Assembly: GCA_002410925.1 (NCBI GenBank) | Contig: DHPR01000022.1 | Location: 1-35,139 of the forward strand | Reading direction: 5' to 3' | Length of the DNA stretch: 35,139 bases | Source: a bacterium UBP13_UBA5359 | Lineage (GTDB): Bacteria; UBP13; UBA5359 | Part shown: piece by piece, positions 28,322 through 35,139 of the stretch | Layout of the letters: every line of letters starts with the position of its first letter | How positions within the stretch are numbered: position 1 is the first letter of the stretch | Notes under the pieces: model-generated | Seen by the model: only the letters and a program-made list of their open reading frames with translations | Told to the model about the DNA's origin: nothing | Database searches by the model: none | Program-made: the position numbers and the translations under genes

Positions 28322-29200
28322 ATGTTCATCGATATTCACGTTCATACCCGTCGCTTTATTTCTCCGTCAAGAGGTGGCAAGCAGGCTTATGCCACGCCCC
28401 GGCAGCTGTTGGAACGGTACGAGAGCATAGCTGTCAGAAGTGCTGTTCTTTTGCCCGGAGTCAATCCCGAATGTGCATACGTGCCCCAATCCAACGAGGA
28501 GATACTGGAGATATGCAAAAGCTATCCCGACAGGTTCATCCCTTTTTGCAATATCGATCCTAGAGCTATGGCCAACTCCGCCGGCGCTCCTCTTAACGAG
28601 TTGATGAGCTTTTATAAAGAGCAGGGGTGTAAAGGCATTGGAGAAATCTGTGCCAACCTGCCCTTTCAGGACCCATTGGTACAAAATCTATTTAAGCATG
28701 CCCAGGCTGAAGGGTTGCCGGTAACCTTCCATATGGCGGCTCAGATAGGGGGAATATACGGTCTTTACGACGAACCCGGGCTGCCGCAGCTGGAAAGTAG
28801 CCTGCGGGCCTGGCCCGGGCTGAAGTTTCTGGGGCACTCCCAGACCTTCTGGGCGGAGATGGCGCCGTTGGAGAAGATGGAAGACCGGTACGGCTACCCC
28901 AGGTATCCCATAAAAGAAGAGGGCGCAGTGCCCAGGCTGATGCGGCGCTATGAGAATTTACTGGGGGACCTGTCAGCCGGCAGCGGGCATAATGCTTTGG
29001 CCAGAGATATGGACTATGCGGCGAATTTTCTGAATGAGTTCCAGGACAGGCTCTTTTTTGGCACCGATATCTGTGCTCCCGATACGCCTACGCCGCTGGT
29101 AGATCTTTTACTTCGTCTTCGTGATGAAAAAAAGATAAGTGCAGAAGTGTTTGAAAAAATTGCCCGGGTGAATGCCGAAAAGCTTTTAGGCCTGATTTAG
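28322..29200 (+). CDS. Amidohydrolase family protein
   Basis: IDIHVH, FIPFCNIDPR, KGIGE, PVTFH, FLGH, DLSAGSG, LFFGTD; GAGGAGG RBS. Confidence 0.9.
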   Translation: MFIDIHVHTRRFISPSRGGKQAYATPRQLLERYESIAVRSAVLLPGVNPECAYVPQSNEEILEICKSYPDRFIPFCNIDPRAMANSAGAPLNELMSFYKEQGCKGIGEICANLPFQDPLVQNLFKHAQAEGLPVTFHMAAQIGGIYGLYDEPGLPQLESSLRAWPGLKFLGHSQTFWAEMAPLEKMEDRYGYPRYPIKEEGAVPRLMRRYENLLGDLSAGSGHNALARDMDYAANFLNEFQDRLFFGTDICAPDTPTPLVDLLLRLRDEKKISAEVFEKIARVNAEKLLGLI

Positions 29201-29430
29201 AAGGCGGCCTTACCGATTTAAAAGCAATTATCTCGCTGGTAATCGAGCGAGATTGTTTCAACTCGATACAGAGGCCATGCTCTTTGCTCATGGCCGGGGA
29301 AGGAAGCGTTGGTTTTTTATGGGGAGCGAAGGAAAGATATTGCAACAAAGAGTGAAGAGAGACAAGTATTTGGAGAGCTTATAAGCTTGTTAATCAAGGC
29401 TTCGGTTGGGACTTAACGGGGTTTTTAGTT

Positions 29431-30750
29431 ATGAAAGAGATAATGCCGGCTGTTAGCAGGCTGGCGGATATTTTAAGAGACAAGCGTGATCTCTTACTGG
29501 TCATAGCTTTAATGAATGTTGTCTATGCCTTTTCCTATTTTCAGCGTGTAGCTATTCCCGGCACTATATTCGATGAATTACAGGTAGATATGGCGCTTTC
29601 CTCTTCCGCTGTCACCATGCTGGGAAGCATCTTTTTGTATGTTTACGGAGGCATGCAGCCCTTTTCCGGCGCTTTAGTAGACAGGATAGGGCCGGTGCGT
29701 ATTCTATTAACAGGCGGAACAGTGCTGACTGCGGGCTCTCTGCTCTTTCCGTTGTCAGGCACCCTGACTATGCTTTACGTCAGCCGTTTTATAATGGGAC
29801 TGGGCGCCAGCCTGATATATCTATCTCTGGTCAAGCAGATTGACGGCCATTTCAGTAGCAAGCATTTCTCCATTCTATTGAGCATGACCCTCTTTATCGG
29901 TTATAGCGGCGGTCTTTTAGGCACCAGGCCATTTGAAGCCGCTGTTCAGGCATTCGGCTGGAGGAAACCCCTGCTGGCTGTAGGCATAGCCTGCGCCCTG
30001 GCGGTGATAATTTGCGCTTTTATTACCCGAAGAACGGCTGTGAACCGACGACAATCAATTAATATCCAGGTCTTTCCAGCCCTGAAGAGAGTCCTGAAAA
30101 ATCGTGATTCTTGCGTCGGAAGCTATACCGTGTCCGTCATTTTTGCTATTTATATGTTGATCGTGTCCGTTATCGGCAAGAAGATGTTGCAGGACTGTTG
30201 CTCTTTAAGCTCAGCGGCGGCTGCATCTTATACCTTTTTGCTGATGCTCTCTTCCGTGATAGCGGTATCCCTGTCAGGGCTGATATCCCGTCTGGCCGGC
30301 AATCAGCGCCGGTTGCTTCTGATCCTTTCCACTGTGATGCTGCTGGTCTCTCTCTGCCTGGCTGTGCCGGTACTGCTGGGCGGAGTCTTATGGATTTTAC
30401 CCAGCTTTATATTGCTGGGAGCTTCGTCTATGGCCACGCCCATATGCTGTGCCTATATCAAAGAGGTAAATGATCCGGCGTATGCTGCTACTTCGATAGG
30501 CGTATACAATGGAGCGGCCTATCTATCCGTCGCTCTTTTATGCAACGGCGCCGGCGCGGTGCTGGATCACTTCGGGGCAGGAGTTAAAACAACGGCCCTT
30601 GCTGTCAGATATCCTCCAGAGGCTTATGGTGTTATTCTGGCCGGTTGTTTTGTGCTGGCGCTTTCAGCCTTTATCAGCGCCTGTTTTATTCGTGAAACCT
30701 ATGGCAGCAACATCTGGTCTGCAGCGCAAAAAGTTTTAAATCGGGTTTAG
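29431..30750 (+). CDS. MFS transporter
   Basis: About 12 hydrophobic segments; motif A GALVDRIGPVR; SYFQRVA. Confidence 0.9.
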   Translation: MKEIMPAVSRLADILRDKRDLLLVIALMNVVYAFSYFQRVAIPGTIFDELQVDMALSSSAVTMLGSIFLYVYGGMQPFSGALVDRIGPVRILLTGGTVLTAGSLLFPLSGTLTMLYVSRFIMGLGASLIYLSLVKQIDGHFSSKHFSILLSMTLFIGYSGGLLGTRPFEAAVQAFGWRKPLLAVGIACALAVIICAFITRRTAVNRRQSINIQVFPALKRVLKNRDSCVGSYTVSVIFAIYMLIVSVIGKKMLQDCCSLSSAAAASYTFLLMLSSVIAVSLSGLISRLAGNQRRLLLILSTVMLLVSLCLAVPVLLGGVLWILPSFILLGASSMATPICCAYIKEVNDPAYAATSIGVYNGAAYLSVALLCNGAGAVLDHFGAGVKTTALAVRYPPEAYGVILAGCFVLALSAFISACFIRETYGSNIWSAAQKVLNRV

Positions 30751-30800
30751 AGAGAAGAGAGTAGCGTGAAGAGCTATTAACATAACAGAAGGAAGTAATC

Positions 30801-30900
30801 CTGTTCATCGATATTCATGTTAATACCCATCAGAATCTTCGGCCCGTCCAAAGAAGGAGACAGCTTTATATGCAAAGCCTATCCCGGCAGGTCTAATTCC
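30801..30900 (+). pseudogene. Decayed, internally deleted copy of the 5' part of the 28322 amidohydrolase gene
   Basis: 30802-30827 matches 28323-28348 (24/26 nt); 30868-30892 matches 28511-28535 (22/25 nt); ATG replaced by CTG. Confidence 0.7.
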
Positions 30901-30910
30901 ATGCTCACCA

Positions 30911-30972
30911 CAAAATATTACACTTGGATGATTAATAAGTATATTGTTAACGGCAGCCGGCCGTTATAAACT
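30911..30972 (+). promoter_or_regulatory. Putative AraC operator plus promoter (site B)
   Basis: CAAAATATTACACTTGGATGATTAATAAGTATA then TTGTTA-N17-TAAACT. Confidence 0.55.
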
Positions 30973-31047
30973 GTATGATAAGGTATGATATGTTCTTCGT
31001 GGCAGCGAAACTGTAGCGAGAGGATAGGCAATAGGGAGGAAGTAACA

Positions 31048-32364
31048 ATGTGTAAACTGGCAATTAAAGGTGGAGAAAAGGCAGTTCAATCCTGCCCGGG
31101 AGATATTCTCAGCTGGCCCATAGTCAACAAGGCCATGGAAGAAGGAGTAATCGATGTGTTACGGGCAGGCAATATGTCCGGCACTGACATCACCCGCCGC
31201 TTTGAGAAAGAGTATGCCGACTGGCACGGCATGGCCTACGGGCTGGGATGCAATACCGGGACTGCAGCCCTGCATTGTGCCATGTACGGAGTAGGCATAG
31301 GAGAGGGAGATGAGATAATCTGCCCCTCCATTACCTATTGGGCCTCCTGCGTACAGGCCTTATCCCTGGGAGGCAAAGTGGTCTTTGCCGATATAGACCC
31401 TGAAACACTCTGTCTTGACCCCGATGATATGGAAAGGTGCATTACTTCTCGCACCAAAGCCGTAGTGGTGGTTCATTATTGTGGCCGACCGGCCGATATG
31501 GATAGGATAATGGCCATAGCCCGCAAGCATAATATTAAGGTGATAGAGGATGTTTCCCATGCTCATGGCGCCATGTATAAGGGGAAAATGGTAGGCACCT
31601 TCGGCGATGTGGCCGGTTTCTCCCTGATGAGCGGCAAATCCTTCGCCATCGGCGAGGCCGGCATTATGCTGACCGATGACAAAGAGATATACGACAGAGC
31701 CGTTGTTCTGGGGCATTACGAGAGACACAAAGAGATCACGACAGAGTATCTCAAAGCCGGAGCCGGCCTTCCCTGGGGCGGATATAAATACAGGATGCAT
31801 CAGCTGTCATCGGTCGTAGGGTTGGAGCAGCTGAAGAAGTATCCGGCCGAGACAGCCGAAATAGATAAGGCTATGAATTACTTCTGGGATCTGTTGGAAG
31901 GAGTGCCCGGCATAAAGCCGCATCGTCCGGCTAAAGGCAGCGGCATTAGCATGGGAGGCTGGTATCATCCGCTGGGACATTACCGGCCGGAAGAGTTGCA
32001 AGGCTTGTCTGTTAACCGCTTCTGCGAAGCCTTGCGAGCCGAAGGAGTGCAATCCGGCCCTGGATGCAATAAAGCTCTGCATCAGCATCCTCTTTTCCAC
32101 GCTATAGACGTCTATAATCAGGGCAAGCCGATTAACGCCGCTAAGGCATCTTCCGGCAGACAGGAAAATATAAGCCTGCCCGTGGCAGAGGGTATACAGA
32201 GCCGCATCTTCACCGTGCCATGGTTTAAGCGCTACTACCCGAATATAATAGAGGAATATGCCGCTGCCTTGAAGAAAGTAGTATTGAGTTACGAAGAATT
32301 GCTAAGTGACGACCCCGGCAATCCTGCGGATTCCGGAGGCTGGAATCTCTCCTTCAAGGCATAA
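31048..32364 (+). CDS. DegT/DnrJ/EryC1/StrS family PLP-dependent aminotransferase
   Basis: LAIKGG, NTGTAALH, GDEIICPS.TY.AS, VFADID, VHYCG, IEDVSHAHG, FSLMSGK (PLP lysine), GEAG; GGGAGG RBS before ATG 31048. Confidence 0.93.
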   Translation: MCKLAIKGGEKAVQSCPGDILSWPIVNKAMEEGVIDVLRAGNMSGTDITRRFEKEYADWHGMAYGLGCNTGTAALHCAMYGVGIGEGDEIICPSITYWASCVQALSLGGKVVFADIDPETLCLDPDDMERCITSRTKAVVVVHYCGRPADMDRIMAIARKHNIKVIEDVSHAHGAMYKGKMVGTFGDVAGFSLMSGKSFAIGEAGIMLTDDKEIYDRAVVLGHYERHKEITTEYLKAGAGLPWGGYKYRMHQLSSVVGLEQLKKYPAETAEIDKAMNYFWDLLEGVPGIKPHRPAKGSGISMGGWYHPLGHYRPEELQGLSVNRFCEALRAEGVQSGPGCNKALHQHPLFHAIDVYNQGKPINAAKASSGRQENISLPVAEGIQSRIFTVPWFKRYYPNIIEEYAAALKKVVLSYEELLSDDPGNPADSGGWNLSFKA

Positions 32365-32405
32365 TTCAAGCTGTTAGTGATAGTAGGGAAGGGAAGGTCG
32401 AGAGC

Positions 32406-33275
32406 ATGATCATAGATGTCCACAATCACCCCGACTGGCACGGCCATAATCTGGATAAGTTTCTGGCCAATATGGATAAATACGGCATAGATACCACCTG
32501 GTTGCTAAGCTGGGAATGTCCCCCCGATGAGTATGCTTCTCAATATAATAACTGCATACCCCATCCAGGAGAGGGTGGACCTATACCCTTTGCCAGATGC
32601 CTGTCATATAAAGAGAGAGCACCGGAGAGGTTTATCCTGGGCTATGCTCCCGACCCCCGCCGGCCCGAAGCTATAGATAAGCTGGCGGCGGCGGTGGAGA
32701 TATACGGAGTGCAGGTCTGCGGAGAGCTGAAGGTACGTATGACCTATGATAATCCCGATGCCCTGAGAATGTACAGGTTCTGCGGCGAGAAGAGATTGCC
32801 GGTAACGGTGCATATAGACTATGAATTCGATACCGGGGTGAAGTATCCCCGTCCCAACTACTGGTATGGCGGAGGCATAGAGGCATTTGAGCGAGCTATA
32901 CAGGCCTGCCCCGAGACTATTTTTCTGGGACATGCTCCCGGTTTCTGGTCCCATATCTCCGGAGACGGACAGCATGATAAGGTGGGCTATCCTAAAGGTA
33001 AGATTGAACCGGGCGGCAAGCTGATAGAGATGCTGAGAAGATATCCCAATCTCTATTGCGATATCTCCGCCGGCTCCGGTTGCAACGCTTTGAAGAGAGA
33101 TCCGGAGTTTGCCGTATGCTTCCTGCTGGAATTCCAGGACCGGATACTATATGCCAGAGATTACTTTGATAATGTGCATCAGGAGTTCCTCAACAGCCTT
33201 GATTTACCTTCGGCTCTTCTTCATAAGATCTATAGCGGCAATGCCGTGAAATTATTATCTCTGCAAAGCCGTTGA
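32406..33275 (+). CDS. Amidohydrolase family protein (paralog of 28322)
   Basis: IDVHNH, APDPR, GELK, PVTVH, FLGHAPGFW, DISAGSG.NALKRD, EFQDRILY. Confidence 0.88.
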   Translation: MIIDVHNHPDWHGHNLDKFLANMDKYGIDTTWLLSWECPPDEYASQYNNCIPHPGEGGPIPFARCLSYKERAPERFILGYAPDPRRPEAIDKLAAAVEIYGVQVCGELKVRMTYDNPDALRMYRFCGEKRLPVTVHIDYEFDTGVKYPRPNYWYGGGIEAFERAIQACPETIFLGHAPGFWSHISGDGQHDKVGYPKGKIEPGGKLIEMLRRYPNLYCDISAGSGCNALKRDPEFAVCFLLEFQDRILYARDYFDNVHQEFLNSLDLPSALLHKIYSGNAVKLLSLQSR

Positions 33276-33318
33276 AACTTTGCCGGAAAGGTAGCGTCAG
33301 AGCCGAACGAAAAAGGCA

Positions 33319-33356
33319 TGCCGGCATCCGCTAGTGAAAAATAGCGGGTGCCGGCA
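33319..33356. repeat. 15-bp GC-rich inverted repeat between amidohydrolase and AraC genes
   Basis: TGCCGGCATCCGCTA-N8-TAGCGGGTGCCGGCA (one G.T pair); no U-tract. Confidence 0.75.
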
Positions 33357-33395
33357 GCGCTCTTCCGGAATAAAGCAAAGCAGTAGAGGTATAAA

Positions 33396-34241
33396 ATGAC
33401 TGTTCATGCCGAGCCTTTCCATCAGACGATTTTTGAAGAACCCAATGAACTGCCGGTCAGGGCCTCCTGGATGCGGGCCAAATATCCTTCAAAGCCGTTA
33501 ACCTATCATGAGGAATGCGAATACCACCTGATCAAAAGAGGTCGCGGCTCCTATTTTATCGCCGATAGAAAGTATGAGTATCAAAAGAATACGCTGGTAA
33601 TCATCAGGTCGAATGAGGTTCATGCCTGCCTGCCTGAGCCCGGTTCTTATCTTGAAAAAGCCACTCTTTACCTGCCGGCCTCATCGGTAAAGGAGAAGAA
33701 AGCGGATTTTTCTACCGCCGAAGATAATTTTCATCATCTTCTTAACCTGTCGGAGCAGGAAGCTACGACAATTGAAATTATCGTAAAAACCATTTGCCGG
33801 GAGATGGAGAGTAAAGAGGAAGGCTGGGATGAGATAATTGAAGCCATGGTCGCCCATTTTTTGCTCCTCATCAGGAGGATAATGCTGCATACCCGGCAAC
33901 AAGCGCCGATTGTCGGCGCCAATCCTATGGTTAGCCGGCTGCTAAAGCACATAGAGAGTAATTACAATCAGCCACTGGCATTATACTCTATGGCAAAAGA
34001 TGCCGGCTGCACTCCCGGCCATCTTTCGCGTCTCTTCAAGCAGCATACCGGCCTGGGCTTTAAACAGTATATAACACAGCGCCGGATAGCCGAGGCAAAG
34101 CGATTGTTAAGAGAGGATATCGATCTATCCGTGGATATTATCTCCCAAAGGGTCGGGTTTAAGGACTTTGTTGTTTTCAACCGTAACTTCAAGCTTTTTA
34201 CAGGCATGACGCCGTCAGCTTACCGATGCATGCTGGCGTAG
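33396..34241 (+). CDS. AraC family transcriptional regulator (paralog of 26176)
   Basis: YHEECEYHLIKRGRG cupin; HLSRLFKQHTG...QYITQRRIAEAKRLL...VGF.DF..FNRNFK..TG.TPSAYR. Confidence 0.95.
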   Translation: MTVHAEPFHQTIFEEPNELPVRASWMRAKYPSKPLTYHEECEYHLIKRGRGSYFIADRKYEYQKNTLVIIRSNEVHACLPEPGSYLEKATLYLPASSVKEKKADFSTAEDNFHHLLNLSEQEATTIEIIVKTICREMESKEEGWDEIIEAMVAHFLLLIRRIMLHTRQQAPIVGANPMVSRLLKHIESNYNQPLALYSMAKDAGCTPGHLSRLFKQHTGLGFKQYITQRRIAEAKRLLREDIDLSVDIISQRVGFKDFVVFNRNFKLFTGMTPSAYRCMLA

Positions 34242-34264
34242 CTTTCTAAAGAGGCGATTAAATG

Positions 34265-34326
34265 TTAAATTTTATCACCTTTTGTTCGATATTCTAATTG
34301 TATAGCGGTCTGCTTTACGATATAAA
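34265..34326 (+). promoter_or_regulatory. Putative AraC operator plus promoter (site C)
   Basis: TTAAATTTTATCACCTTTTGTTCGATATTCTAA then TTGTAT-N17-TATAAA; weaker match to sites A and B. Confidence 0.4.
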
Positions 34327-34359
34327 TAAGGTGAGGATTTGGCAATAGGAGGTGCGACG

Positions 34360-35079
34360 TTGTTGTTAAGCAAGAGAAACAATGATGCTGACGGCTTCAC
34401 TTTAATAGAATTGCTCGTCGTTATTGCTATCATAGCCCTGTTGGCAGCTATACTCTTCCCTGTATTTTCCAGAGCACGTGAAGCAGCCAGAGGAGCGCAA
34501 TGTCAGAGTAATCTCAAACAAATTGGTTCGGCCAGTCTGATGTATGCCCAGGATTGGGATGGAGTCTTACCGATGAGCTATACTGATAAGAAACTTTGGG
34601 ATTATCAGCTAATGCCTTATCTGGGTTACGAGAGTGATATAAGCAAGGCTATTAAAAGAGATGATTACAGCATCTTTCACTGCCCCAGCGGAAATGCGAA
34701 TGCCTATGCTAGTGCTTATCTTAGCCGAGGGTATTCATATAATTGGCGTGTTTGCACAAACGCTAATGATACGGCAATTCTCGCCTCCATCGAAACTCCC
34801 AGCAATACCCTCCTTGCAATTGATAGCATAAACTCTGCTTATGGAGCTGAAAAGCTTATGGAAGGATTAACTTTCTGCGGAGCAATGAATGCTCCATTCG
34901 TGGCCGCAACAATAGACAATTATGGGAAAAATATCTGTTACCGTCATCATGACAGAGCCAACGTTCTTTTTATCGATGGCCATGTCAAATCCTGTGCGAA
35001 AGGGCCTTTAAGCGATACCCATTCTCATTATTGTCCTGCGGGCGTTAAGTGGCATAACGGCGGAGTTGTTTATAATTGA
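34360..35079 (+). CDS. Prepilin-type N-terminal cleavage/methylation protein with H-X9-DG C-terminal motif (DUF1559-like)
   Basis: [33 protein letters not shown]...[39 protein letters not shown] before TTG 34360. Confidence 0.9.
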   Translation: MLLSKRNNDADGFTLIELLVVIAIIALLAAILFPVFSRAREAARGAQCQSNLKQIGSASLMYAQDWDGVLPMSYTDKKLWDYQLMPYLGYESDISKAIKRDDYSIFHCPSGNANAYASAYLSRGYSYNWRVCTNANDTAILASIETPSNTLLAIDSINSAYGAEKLMEGLTFCGAMNAPFVAATIDNYGKNICYRHHDRANVLFIDGHVKSCAKGPLSDTHSHYCPAGVKWHNGGVVYN

Positions 35080-35103
35080 ACGATACAGGGAGGAAAAAGC
35101 GGC

Positions 35104-35139
35104 ATGGATAATAAATATATGTTGAGTTTAGCTATAAGA
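35104..35139 (+). CDS. Start of the next gene (partial, unknown product)
   Basis: GGGAGG RBS upstream, ATG 35104, open to the window end (MDNKYMLSLAIR). Confidence 0.55.
   Translation, partial: MDNKYMLSLAIR

Noticed and set aside
31048-32364. O-antigen/capsule biosynthesis role for the DegT aminotransferase
   Set aside because: No glycosyltransferase, nucleotidyltransferase, dehydratase or flippase genes in the neighbourhood

Overview
Chromosomal window (roughly 50% GC by eye) from a probable endospore-forming Bacillota/Firmicutes-type bacterium. It has strong AAGGAGG Shine-Dalgarno sites, an alpha/beta-type SASP gene, a yhfW-like FAD/Rieske gene and sigF/sigB-like and sigH-like promoter motifs. 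The left half is a mosaic of housekeeping and orphan genes: the 3' end of rpoD/sigA, proA, a SASP, a PAS histidine kinase, transketolase, a Gfo/Idh/MocA enzyme, a NagB-like protein, a FabK/nitronate monooxygenase, a TadG-like protein, a radical SAM/SPASM protein, tRNA-Ile2(CAT), cobO, a ferredoxin, a heterodimeric ABC exporter and tRNA-Val(TAC). The right half (about 19.2-35.1 kb) is a nearly co-oriented sugar/amino-sugar transformation region: an FAD oxidoreductase, two Gfo/Idh/MocA dehydrogenases, two xylose-isomerase-like TIM barrels, three amidohydrolases, an MFS transporter, a DegT-family aminotransferase, two paralogous AraC regulators and a prepilin-like H-X9-DG (DUF1559-like) protein. 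The best candidate for an undescribed system is an AraC regulon: a shared operator-like motif abuts the -35 box of three promoters and links the dehydrogenase/amidohydrolase/MFS genes, the aminotransferase genes and the pilin-like gene. Other notable signals are a uORF/terminator-like leader on the ABC exporter, several leaderless-looking genes, a cyanobacterial-looking transketolase and two gene remnants. No CRISPR array, integrase, transposase or rRNA was seen. All family calls come from motif recognition only; no database searches were run.
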